Positions 1 through 13,300 of a stretch of 64,000 bases of DNA are shown here, piece by piece. Position 1 is the first letter of the stretch, and each line of letters begins with the position of its first letter. The DNA comes from Octopus vulgaris. Taxonomy: Eukaryota. The position numbers and the translations under genes are program-made. Location: assembly GCA_951406725.2 (NCBI GenBank), contig OX597814.1:103044001-103108000 (forward strand), given 5' to 3'. The notes below the pieces were generated by a model. That model saw only the letters and a program-made list of their open reading frames with translations. It did not search any database and was not told the DNA's origin.

Positions 1-941
1 TGTGCTGGTGCCATATAGTACCCAGTACACTCTGTAAAGTGGTTGGCATTAAGAAGAGCATCAAGCCATAGAAATCTTGCCAAAACAGACATTTTGAGCC
101 TGGTGCAGCCCTCTGGCTTGCCAGATTCTGTCAAGCTGTCCAACCCTTGCCAGTATGGAAAATGGACATTAAATGACAATTGATGATAGTTTCCATTTAT
201 TAGCAAAACTCCCATATCTGTTGTAATAATGTGTCACAGGACTTCATATACAAATAGGAGGGGTACTGTGAAACAAACTACGATTAACTGTTAAACCAGA
301 AATGCTTAAATTTCAAATGTATGGAGGGTGAGTGTAGGAATCTGACCATGTTTGCAGAAAGAAATGTGGACCTATTGAAATGAGTACTGTGATAGGAAAC
401 CTATGCTGGTCCTCTATCAACTTGCTAAGGATAAACATTAATCCTTTTGATGTGTTTTATATGACACATTGTTACAACAGATATGGCAGGTTACTCGAAT
501 AAATGAATGGAAATCATCACTTAATGATAAAAATAATAAAATACTGTTAAACTGCAGAAACCACACCAACACTGCTGTGTAAAGGCACAGAATCACTGCA
601 TGGGCTGCTTTGCGTGCATGGACAAAATGAAGTCAATCCTCCATACATCTACCTAAATATAGAACCTACAAACTAAGAGGCTGACAGGGTATAAATGATG
701 AAAGGACATCAATAAACCATAACTGACTGATTAATCAAACAACTGAGGAGTTAATTGACTAAATAGTTAACCAATTGACGAATAATAAAGAAGTGAAATA
801 GAACCAGTGTGTGTATATTATTGGCATAATGACTCTCTGAAGATACAACAAAATTAATAATTTGATCTAATTAAAGTTTTGAGAAGCTGGAGGATGACTA
901 GAAATCAATGTATTGGTGTTTTTATTTTCTTATTTGCAAAG

Positions 942-1166
942 GTGACCATCACTAAAGAAGATTGTAACCTCGAACTTGAAGACTGGGAAAACATAGCAAT
1001 TGGAGAGATGGATAATTTAGAAGTGGATACTGTAACAGAAAACTTGTGCAGCCTAAAAGTGAGGGACAGTGATGACAGCAGCACAGAGAGTGAATCCGTT
1101 ACTGATTCCAGCAGCGAGAGCAGCAGTGGACATTCCACTGGATCAGACTCAGAAGACTCAAATTAA
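942..1166 (+). CDS. SHQ1: Terminal coding exon of an SHQ1-like H/ACA RNP assembly factor (rest of gene upstream of window)
   Basis: Acceptor TTTTCTTATTTGCAAAG|G at 941/942, phase 0. Encodes VTITKEDCNLELEDWENIA then an acidic Ser-rich tail, TAA at 1164-1166. Resembles the recalled human SHQ1 C-terminus (VSLTKAQLGLELEELEAAA plus S/D/E-rich tail). Confidence 0.75.
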   Translation: MTITKEDCNLELEDWENIAIGEMDNLEVDTVTENLCSLKVRDSDDSSTESESVTDSSSESSSGHSTGSDSEDSN

Positions 1167-1300
1167 AAAATAACAAAACCTGATTTATTTAAAGCTAAAA
1201 GATTTTTACAGAAGCAGCAGCAGCTATAGTGAATATGCCAGGAATTAAAAATACAAAGAGTGTGAAAACTTTTTTTTTTTTGGAGAGAGAGAGGAAACCT

Positions 1301-1387
1301 TCATTCTTTTATCACTTCTAAGACCTCATTCAGTATTTTTATAGACTCAGTTCCTTCAAGAGCTTCATTGATAAGTGCTGTACTGAT
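1301..1387 (-). CDS. CDCA8: CDCA8 terminal coding exon 15 (ISTALINEALE...LEVIKE*)
   Basis: TTTCTTTTAATAG acceptor, phase 0, TGA at 1303-1301; minus-strand AATAAA at 1189-1184. Confidence 0.88.
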   Translation of the reverse strand: MSTALINEALEGTESIKILNEVLEVIKE

Positions 1388-4300
1388 CTATTAAAAGAAA
1401 GAAAGACAAAAAAAAAAGAAAGAAAAATAGTTAAATGGAAGACATTATTACAGCAGAAAGCAGTAATTTCCATGGGTTAGTTTACTTACTCGTTCCCTGA
1501 TTTTCTCAATTTTAGTTTGAGACCGAACAACAACTGGGCTTCCTGCTAATGACATGAACCTTTCACCTTGTCTGGGACTGCGATCAAATGGAGTGATAGG
1601 TAACCTTAGAACAGATAAAAAAATAAAAAATAATACTAATAATAATAATATTAGTATTCAAAATGACTTTCTACAGCCATTTTTCATTTAACTTACTTTC
1701 ACTTTAGATGAATTTAAGAAAGTAGGATCACTCACCTGGTATCAAACTTTGGTGTAATTGCAGGGGTCATTAAAAACTGTGAAGATGACCAGTTCGTCAA
1801 GGGGGTTTGTTGCCTACAGAATACATAAAAATCATCAGTAAAATAGTTACCATGATGAAAATTAATTCATCGGCATCGTTTAGTGCAAGCTGCAGAGGGC
1901 TCCAGTCTGTTTTGATTTGGTTTCTACAGCTGGATGCCCTTCCTAATGCCAACCACCCTGAGAGAGTACTGGTCATGACTATGATTTCACTAAGCTTCAC
2001 ATGTCTTCTCAAGCATAGTAAATCACCAAAAGCCTTTGTCATCACCACCTTATCCCATGTCTTCCTAGCTCTACCTTTTCCACAAGTTCCCTCTACACTT
2101 TTGTTTATGCAGTTGTGCTTGTCCGTATGCATCACATGACCCTACCAATGCAGTCCTCTCATTTGCATCCTACATCTGAGGCCTCTTATACCCAGTTTTT
2201 CTCTCAAGGTGCTTAAACTTTATTCTACGTGCACACTGACATTGCCCACCCAGCAGAAGAGCATACTAGCTTCATTTCTTTCAAGCCTTTGCATGTCCCC
2301 AGCAATCACACAATCTGCTTTTTACTCTGAGGGATAGAAGCTCTCTGAACTTCGCCCCCAGACAATTCTTATTCTAGCAGCCATGTTTACTGAGCCTCTA
2401 GAGTAATGAAAAGTAACATTCTCAGTTTTACCACCAACACTATGGACAATAAGCTGAGAAGTAGCTTTTCTCATAAAGACGAGAGGCGATTGTTGTAAGC
2501 ATTTAATGTTACACAATCTGAGAAATTTTTGCTGAAGAGAACTTTTGATTCCAGATAGATAGAAAAAGTCTGGAATTGAATGCTGATATAAATACAAGTC
2601 AGGTGTGAAAGCAATAGTCTAATAGCATTTTTGTAGCAATAAGAAACTCAAAAGATTTATTAGAGGAAAGGAAACTTACTTTGCATTTGAAACAGTTCGT
2701 TTGCTAGATCTCTGTTAATAAAAACAAAAACAATTTTCATCAAAACCTTTACACACACACACACCACTGAAAAATGAATGCAATGAGATTTAAAATGACT
2801 GTTGCATAACATTCCTTGATGCAAAGTTTCAAAAGTGTCAAATATTTAGATGACCTCCATTGAAAAAACTGATGAGCATTTTCTGTTTGTAAGATGATAC
2901 AAATAGAGGTCATAACTTTTACATATTATGCAAAGTTAATTTCTAGATGTTAATTAGTCTTATTATTAATTGGACTTAATTTTAGATAGCAAAGCTGTTT
3001 ATTCATAGATACAATTATTCTCCAAGTTATTTCAATTAATATCAAAGGTCAATTAGTCTATTGAAATAATTTCCATAAAACCAAATTTCAAACTCTACAA
3101 CATCAAGTAATTATATCTTACCGTTTTAATTGTAGAAGGTGGCTGCATTGAACCTTTTGTATTTCGGGGTCGTCTTTGGCGCCTTTAAAAATTAGATTAG
3201 TTTCATATTTCAAACAAGATTTAAATTTAATTGAATCAGCCTGTCCTCTCTTAAGATTATCACTTTTTCTATTTGTATATCAACTCTCTTTAGACATTAA
3301 TGGAGTAGATTCTTACAATGTCTGGTATTATGCTGGAACTTACTTCCACTTTCTACATTGCTGCCTAATTCTAGCAATAATTGATATTATTTGAAACTTC
3401 TTTCCGTAATAGACATCAAGCATTTACACCAATTCAAGAGAAAGCCACAAGTGGAATTTGAATAAACAGATATGGATTCTTATTTATAAGTATCTTATCT
3501 TCCAGTAAAATCAGGCCACAAGATCTTTTCTAGTTCCACAGCAAGACAAAATCTTGATACGACATACTAAATCACTCACGTCCAATTAATCAGTTAATGA
3601 CATTAATTGAAGAGTTGTAATTAACATAATCATCATTTACCGTCTGCTTTTCATACTAGCAAGGGTTAGACGGTTTGACTGAAAGCTGATAAGCCAGTGG
3701 GGCTGCACCAGGTTCCAGTCTGGTTTGGCAAGGTTTCTATGACTGGATGCCCTTCCTAACACCAACCACTTCGAAAGTGTAACAAGTGTTCTTTACATGC
3801 CACTGGCAAGGGTGCTATTGACATGACACTAACATTGGCCATAACTATGGTCTCACTTGGCTTGAAAGGTCTACACAAAGATGGCATATCTTCAAAGGTC
3901 TCGGTCATTTGTCATTGCCTTGATGAGGCCCAACATTCAAAGATTGTGCTTCACCACCTCATCCCATGTCTTCCTGTGTCTACCTCTTCCACAGGTTCCC
4001 TCCACCATTAGAGTGCTACACTTCTCCATACAGCTGTCCTTATCCATTTGCAACACATGATCATACCAATGCAGTTGTCTCTCTTGTGCACCACATCTGA
4101 TGCTTCTTATGCCCAACTTTTCTCTCAGGATGCTTACACTCTGTCCTTAGACATCCAGTCTACGCATTTCCTCAGTAGTGACAGCCCATGTTTTACTGCT
4201 GTGTAGCATGGTTGTTCGCACACAGGCATCGTACAATCTGTCTTTCACCCTAAGGGAGAGGCACTTTGTTACCAGCAGAAGTAGGAACTCTCTGAACTTT

Positions 4301-7300
4301 GCCCTGCCTATTTTTATTCTAGCAGCTACGCTTTCAGAGCATCTACCCCTGCTACTGACTTGGTCACCTAGGTAATGGAAGCTACCCACTACTTATTTTC
4401 TCCACTAGCATGTGATGGAATCTATTTTCTGTACATGTTTGGTGTTCATTGTACCTGTGCACCTTCCACAAATGAAAACTATCTACCCAGTTAACTTTCC
4501 TCTGATATTGCTGCACCTCTAATGTGTCCATAGCTTGCACCGGGTACATCTTATGGAGTTTCTACCTATGCTTTTTTTACAGATTGAGCAGGGCCATCTA
4601 ACTGAAGGGATTTGTGATTTGTCTGCCTTCCTGCTTACTAAGACTTTGGTTTTTGCTAGGTTAACCCTAAGGCCCTTCAATTCTAGACCTTGCTCCCACA
4701 CCTGAAACAACTTCTCTAGTTCTGGTACTAATTCAACTATAATGAATAAGAGGGTGCTGAGGACTGATTCTTGGTGAACCCCTGCTTCTACCCAGAATTC
4801 TTCACTATACTAGTTGCCAACCCTCACCTTACTGACAGCATCCCTGTACATGGCTTGTACAGCTCTCACCAACCACTCATCTATCCTTACTTTCTGCATT
4901 GACCACCAGATAAAGGATCAGGAGACCCAGTCAAAGGCTTTCTCCATGTCAACACAAGCCAAATACAGAGGTTTATTTTTGGCTAGGTACTTCTCCTGTA
5001 GCTGTTTTACCAGTAATATAGCATCAGTGGCCTCTCTCTCTCTCTCTGGCACAAACCCAAAACCCTCTCCCTAATTAGTTGGGCTATGACCTTCTCCATG
5101 ACTTTCATCACTTGTCTGATCCAACAATCTGATACCTCTGTAATTATTTCTAAGGCATCACCTTTAACTTTGTAGCAGTTGATTGTGGTTCTGCTACACC
5201 AGTCATTGGGTATGATTCCTTCAAGTATCACATGGTTAACTCTATGGGTAACTAGCCCAAACCTACACAACCAAATATTTGAAGTGGTGATTCCTGTCGA
5301 GCCAGAGAATTTCCCTGTCTTCACACTCTTAATTGCTTTATCTACCAAAGTACTGTCAATTTGGATAGCTTGTCCCTTAATTGGGTCAACATTTGGCAGG
5401 CTCTCTTTCTCACATTCATTCTCTTCATTTAGCAACCTTTCGTAGTGACATCTCCAAGTCTCTTTCTTTGCAGAATTATTAAATGCAAGTGAACAACAAT
5501 CCATGTGAACACATTTCTCTCCTATGGCATCACAATTCTCACACACTGTCTTGCAATACAAAACACTTCAAGTTTCTGGTCCTCATGATGCAGAACATTG
5601 GCAAATCTCTTCTTTTCTGCTTCCCCTCTGGCTTCTCCTAGCTTCTCTTCTGGCTAAGTGAATCTGTCTCCTAGCTCCTCTTCTGGCTCTCAGCTACCAC
5701 TGCACTTCCAGTCTTGTTTCTTTCCCTAATGACCCTGTTAATTACATTGTTCCACCACCATGTCACCTTAGGTCAAGAGAGGGCTTTGCACCAGCCACAT
5801 CATCATCATCATTTAATGTCCGCTTTCCATGCAGGCAATGGGTTGGACAGTCTGACTGGGGACTGGTGAGCCAGATGGCTGCACCAGGCTCCAATCTTGA
5901 TCTGGCAAAGTTTCTACAGCTGGATGCCCTTCCTAATGCCAACCACTGCAAGAGTGTAGTGGGTGCTTTTACGTGCCACCGGCACGAGGGCCAGTCAGGC
6001 GGTACTGGCAACGGCCACGCTCGAATGTTCCACATATTTGTCCTGTAGGAACCTCCAGTTGTCTTCCACATTATGTAATGCTATATCCTCCTCTTTTTCA
6101 TCAAAAGCTGCAAGTAATACGTCTCTAAATCTCTGTCCATTCAGGGGATTCTTAAGCTTCCAGACCCTTCTTTTTTATGCTGGTCATCCTCTGGGCAGCC
6201 ATTTAGCCCTGTTCCTGAAGTCACTAACTACTAATCTATGTTGTATGGTGCATTCTTCACTTGGGAAAGTTTTGGCTTTTATAAGTAGCCACCTTTCTCA
6301 TTTACTGGTGAGAATGTAGTCAATCTGACTAGTGTGTCCACCAGATCAGTAGGTGAACAGGTGACTGGCAGGTTTGCTGAAGTTAGTATTACACATCATA
6401 AGATTATTTGCATCACAGAACTCCAGCAGCCTGGTTTCCTCCTCGTTGCGGGAACCGCATCCATTCCTACTAAGTACACCATGGATGTTGTCTAACATGA
6501 CCATTGAAGTCACCAGCCACAAAGAGAAGGTCCCTGTCATTCGTTGACAAAGTAGTCTGCAAGAGGGTCATAAGATCAATCTTTCTGTTCATCAGGTAGC
6601 CCTGGCTGAGGGGCATAGGCCAAGATAATGGTTGCTATGCCATGTTGCAGCATTAGTCTAAGCTTAAGTATTCTATCACAGAATCTGACTACTTCGATTA
6701 CCGTATCAACCCATTTCTCAGCAAGGAGTATACCCATGCCCCATCAGTGTTCTCTACCCAGAAAATCTTATACCTATGTTCTTTGCGCGTAAGGAACCTA
6801 GCAGAACCTCCTCTTCACCATAACTCTTGGATACAACACAAATCTACACGCCTCCATTCAAGTAACTCACCAGGCCTACCTTTCAATGTGCCAATTCTGA
6901 GGGTGTGAGTTGGCGAGACCCAGGGATGGGGTACAGCATTTTGCATCTGAACAGAAAGCTCACATGTGCGTTTGGCAGACATCATAAACATACAAATAGG
7001 CTTCAACCTGCATACACTTCACAATCACTTGTTTACCAGGAGAGAGACACTAGATAGGAAGGGGGGGAGTGTTCCATGTAGGCAACCATTAGAAGTACTA
7101 GGAGAAAGACTTCCAGTACAGGTGGCTGGGAGGGTGCAATGCAAACGACAAAACACTATGGACGCCCTATTCCCTAGCTAAAGGCGATGTAACATATCCA
7201 CAAACAAAGCAAAAACCACTAATTAACATGGGAAAGCAAGAATACAGACATAGTATGGGCAAGCGAAAATGTAGTAGGTAAGAAAACGGAGAGAGAGAGG

Positions 7301-10300
7301 TGAAATTTTCAAGAATTAGGACTACGGTAGAGGAAACAATAGAACATTTGCATGAGATTGCAGGTAACAAAACAAAACAAAACAGGAAAAGATGGAATTT
7401 TCGAGATTTAGAGCAACAGAATTGAACAATCGGATTTCTTAACTTTGTGGCTAAACAGATAACTAAATGAATAATAATAATTATTATAATGAGTGCTGAA
7501 AACCTACAAAAGCAGAGTTTCCTGAAGTCACACTGCAACATTTAAAAATTAGTTTTGGCAAAGGATGAAATCTCCTGGCAATATTTGAGAAGAAAGAATA
7601 GTTTTTCTAGTTTAGTTCTGACAAGAGATTTGATACAAACTAATTTGTTCTGACAGGTGTAGTTTGGTAGTACCATCTGAATATTCAACACATGCACTAC
7701 TACTAACTCACTTTTCTTTCCTCCCATTTGAAACCTGTTCACTGTAATCAATGAAAAGGTTTGAGGTTTACCGAAAGTAAACACTCAGCAGTACAACTTG
7801 TTAATTTACCAATTGAAATACACCATTATTATCACAATAAAAGAATAGCAACCTAGTATTTTGTAGTCGATTTTAATGATTGAGATTAACAGAAAAATAA
7901 CAGGTTTACTTACAAAGTTCTTTTGATACTCATATCGATAGCATCTGAAGAATGAATCAAAAGATAAAAGTTCCATTTAGTCGAATTGGTTTGGAAGAAG
8001 AGAATGTTGGGTGTTAAATATGCTTTATGACCATTTCGTTAGCTACAGATATAAATTCCATAATTTAGCACTCTCTCACTAATGTCATTGTGAAGACACG
8101 AAAAGTTTTGTTTAAAAAAAAAATTTAATCAAGTTGTTACTAACATTAGACTACCCATGACCTATTGGATCACCTGGAAAGTCTGAGTTTCCCAGTAACA
8201 GATATTGGTTTTGTGGGGTTTTCTCCCTCCCCAGGTTATTTTGTATGCTTTCAACGAATGTGACATCGAAATCATGCATAAATGGCACCTATTTCTTGCA
8301 CACCCTGCTACCACATAGCAACCAAATCTTTGGAACTGAGATACGTTGAATGTAGTCGAAAAGTTTTTGCAACGGTATTCCTCTGGGGCAATCTTTTGCT
8401 TTGACTCTAGATCAACTGGTTTTGTTTGTTAATTTCTGTAAAACTTTTTTTATTTATTTATGTTTGTTTTAAAGTAAAAGTGAGGAGAAAGTCAAAGATA
8501 TATGAAATGGACATGCGTGAGAGAGTGCCACTTACACATACATGAGAACACACTCACTCTCTCACACACATGCACACATACATACAAAAAAGATGTACTC
8601 ATATGTATTGATGTATGTATGCATACATGACAACACACCCCTTCACTCACTCTCTTTCACACACACATGCCATTTCATATACATGTACATACATCTTTCA
8701 CTTTAAAACAAAAGGAAATAAATAAAAAAATTTTTTATGGAAATTAACAACTTGAAAATAATTAAAAAAAACATTAAAATTGTCTGTTTAAAGAAAGCTA
8801 AAATATAAATTCTTACTGTACAAACAACTTACATTTTTGAAATCACATTCAGTTAAAAATATTTTTAAATGATTAAAATATTGTGTACGTCAAAAGGTTA
8901 ACGTTTTTTTTTCTTAAGAGAGCGCAAAAACTATGTGTATGCATATATCACAGATAGCAGACGTGTGTTTGTGTTGACATACCATGACATTCATTATGTG
9001 TGTTGACATCATGGAAGTGATGTGTTTTTTTTCTGTCAAGAAATAACAAACAAATAAATAGTCCCAAAAAACTTGTACTGCACTGCTAAAGGTAAGTATG
9101 AAAATAAATATGCAAAAAAAAAAATTAAGATAAGACATACCATTTCTGAGATATTTCGGGTACACACAAACATCTCCAGAGTTTTAGTATTATCAAGATG
9201 AGAAAAGAACAGGTTAGAAAGTATGCAGGACACTTGGTTGCACTGATAATGATATGTAATGATACCTGTTGGCTGAAAGGGCAGAGGTCAGTGAAGGTGG
9301 GCCCTTTTGATTGAAGTAAAACCCAATGAAATATGGGAATTACTGTTTAGCAAACCATTACAAGCAATTTATACACAGATGTAAATTATCATCATCATCA
9401 TTATTTTAATGTCTTCTTTATCAATGGATTGAACAAAACCCAAGTAGCTAACCCATATTTTTCAAATAAAGGATTTGTACTCCTCTGCTCTTTACACAAT
9501 GAAAAGTTATGTGACAAATTGCGTACAGAAGACAAACAAATGCATTGCTGCCCAAACTTGATGGGAAAAACTCTAGGAAACACACAGCTATGTAATATTT
9601 ATTTCTTTATTGCCCACAGGGGGCTAAACATAGAGGGGACAAACAAGGGGATTAAGTCGATTACATCAATCCCAGTGATTAACTGGTACCTATTTAATCG
9701 ACCCTGAAAGGAAAAGGGTTAGGGTTACATCTATGTAATATTAAAGACATGACTGGGTACTCAGCTATAAAGGTTTCCATAAATCACTGCTCTTAGACTT
9801 TTGCAATCTCATTGTCTCAAATTGTCTGACAACAAGACAGTCATACACACTAAAAAAAAATTACACACACACACACACACTGAACTTCTGTGTAAGTTCT
9901 GCCTGCCAAATTTCACTACTAAGGCATTGATCAACGTGAGGTTATAGAAGAAGTCACTTGATCTAGTGGGATAGCAGCCCTACACCCTGATATAAATTTA
10001 TGAAAATATGTTTCACTAACCTGTCAACAGTTCATTTTCTATAAGTGGCTGTAAATAAATAAATGAATAAAGTGACATTTTGTGAAGGAATAAAGCAAGA
10101 GCTAACACAGAATAAGATTATTGCTCTGTGAAAACTGCCAGCAGGATCAGACATATTTTAAAGTGTTCAAAAATTTATATTTTACAAGAGAAAGCCAAAT
10201 GCCAGCTTTGAGTTGGTCGATTGGTTTCAACATCAAAATTAATATCAATATTTGTGTCAGCTGAAAATAAAGATTGTTGCTTTCCTGGATAGGCTGGCTT

Positions 10301-13300
10301 GATGGATAAAGAGTAATTCAACGATAAAAAGACATTGCAATATGTAAAAATGACATGAAATCGAATCCTACACCTTTGTTAGTCTGGTAAAAATGGACTA
10401 AGAAAGAAATTCTTAATGGGTAACTGAGTGAAAGGTTAAGTAAACTTGATGGAAGCAAATTCTCTTTGCATCAGAAATTGTAAAAGTGAAGGAAAATAAC
10501 TAAAGAATGAAATAAATCTGTTTTGCAAACTGGTTTACCAAGATATAGCACCATTTTAGGATGATTACAAACAATAATATTTGGGAAGTATTAAAGAGAC
10601 TCTCCTAATATTTGGTTTCAAATTTTGGCACAAGGCCAGCAATTTCAAGGGAGACGGTAAGGCAATTATACCAAGCCCAGTATATCACTGGTACTTACTT
10701 TATCAACCCGAAAAGGATGAAAGACAATGTTGACCTCAGTGGAATTAGAATACAAAATGTAAAGCTAGACGAAACACTGCCAAACAGTTTGCCAGGTGTG
10801 CAAATGACTCTGCCATTTCACCACCTTAAACTCTTAAATAGCTAAAGAGGTTTTAAAACAAGACTGTTTTATCACAGAAAACGCACATCATATTGCTTCT
10901 CATCTTGAAATAAATCTAAATCAAATATCTCAATGTAGAAAGCAAAATATTCACCCTAATCACTTTGTATTAGTTGCCAAGCAAAAATACAAAAACGAAT
11001 CCAATTTAATATAATTAAAAAGAATTGTGTTTTTAATTCCTATCAAAAGTTATTGATTTTAAAGAACGTTAACTGTCTTGGTTTAGTGGTTAGGGTATTT
11101 GGATCATGAGTTCAATCTCTGGCAGTGGATTGTGTCCTTGAGCAAGACACTTTATATTCTGTTGCTTCAGCCCACTCAGCTGGTAAAAATGAGTTGTACC
11201 TGTGTCATGCTGAATCTCCTTGGGAACCATGTGTCTGTGAAGTGCTCAGCCACTTACACATTAATTTCACAAACAGGCTGTTCCACTGATTGAATCAACT
11301 GGAACCCTCTTCGTCGTAACTGACAGGATGCCAGGTAAACTGTGTTGGTGGATAATTTGAGGGACAAAATCTGTTGCGATGAAATAATGACCCAGAACAG
11401 AATCAAAGCTATTCTGTTTATTTAAAGGAGTCAAATGCTTCTAAGTATGTCCATATTTAGGCCAAGAAAATTCTCAATAACAAAAAGAAAAAGAAATAAC
11501 ATACCTTTTCAAAAAGAGGCAAGTTATTCTCTGGAACTGCTTTCAGTTTTGTCTTTTTCCTAAAATAAGAAAAACATTAACTTAAGATGGGCACAAAGTA
11601 ATTGACAGGGAAAAAAACTATGTATACACACATTAATAAATATGTATCCTCATCAGTTAACTCCTGCTTTCCATGCTGGCATGGCCTGGTCAGTTTGACA
11701 GGAGCTGGTGAGGCAAAAGACTACACCAGGCTTCACTGTCTATTTTGGCAGGGTTTTTTAGCGCTGGATGCCCTTCCAAATGCTAACCACTTTACAGTGC
11801 GGACTTTCTAAGAGGCACCAGCACTGGCAGAGTCATCATGTAACATGCAAGACAAAAAGCCTGTGAGAGGGGAGGGAGCGTTGGATGAATACATGTATAT
11901 ACATATATGGCTGGGGCCATTCTGGAGCAGTGTTTTGGAGTCTCCTTTTGGTACTGTTTTTGGTGAAGAAGCAAACTGGACGAAGCTACTCTTCTTTGTG
12001 CCTCCTGCCACGATGTGCGCTCGTCTGGGATTTCAGAGAAAATTGTCCAATTGCTTTTTGAATGTTTCCACATCTACACCTCGCAAATCCGGTACGTTCC
12101 TTGGCAGGATGTCAAACAGTTGTGGTCCTCTGAAACCCAAACTCTTGTAATGCTTGGTCCTTATCTGAGGTGATGAAGACAGTACTTTTTTGTATTATGC
12201 AATGCCGTCCAGCTTGGTGGCTGCTATAGCTTTTAATTCCAAAGTTAGGAACTAGACCTTCTAGGATCTTTCATATGTATATCACTGCATACCTTCTCTC
12301 CAGGGTGTAGAGATTCAGTTCTTGTAGCCTCTCCCAGTAGTTCATCTGTTTCACCAAGTCAATCTTCCTTGTGTAGTGACCACAGTTGAGAACAGTAATT
12401 CCATATGATGGAGGACATCATAGGAGCAGCAAGGGATCCTTATTTTTGGTTCTGAATGATCTAAGGATCCATCTAGCTACTTGCCTGCACAGTGTTGCCA
12501 TCCTAGTGATATGCACATTGAATGTTGCATCACTATTCATGTGGATTCCCAGGTCCATACACTGTTTCTAACTCCGGGATTGCACTACTCCCTGATCCTA
12601 TGTATTCCGATCATAGTCTGTTTGTGGGCTGATAGCAAAGTGCTTGAAATTTATCAGCATTGAACTGCATGTTATTTTCATTAGCCCATTTGCTTATGTC
12701 AAATCTATATATATATATATATATATATATAATCATTATTGTTTAACATCCATCTTCCATGCATGCAGGGGTAAGATAGATGACAGGAGCCAGCAAGGTA
12801 GAACAACTACCCCAGGCAACTGTATCTGTATAAACTCACTCATATTCAATATATACAGACACGACAGAAGTAAATAGACACCCTTATAATCATTAAATTT
12901 TATTTACTAACTGTTATAATGTGAATATCTAATATTTAGTAGACATGCCCATTGCATTTTTCAATGCAAGGACCCTATTAAGCATGCTACTGATGAAAGT
13001 AACTTATGATGGTGATGCCCCATCATATGACCTTGTAAAATGCTGGCATCATGAATTCAAACATGGTCGGAACTCTGTGGAAACAGCTCCCAGATCTAGT
13101 TGCCCCCCTTCTGCCATTGATGAGGCATCTGTCCGTCAAGTTGAGGCAGCCATTTTGGAAGATCGACGCATAACTATTCGCCAAATAGCCCATGAGGTCA
13201 AGATTAGTACCGGGTCTGTGGAAACTATCATTCATGACCATTTGCATATGCAAAAGGTGTCTGCCAGATGGATTCCCAGGTTGCTTACACCTTTCCAGAA

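Noticed and set aside
11077-11125. tRNA-like A/B boxes (also 23488-23560 and about 35085-35150)
   Set aside because: No cloverleaf; they continue into SINE bodies.
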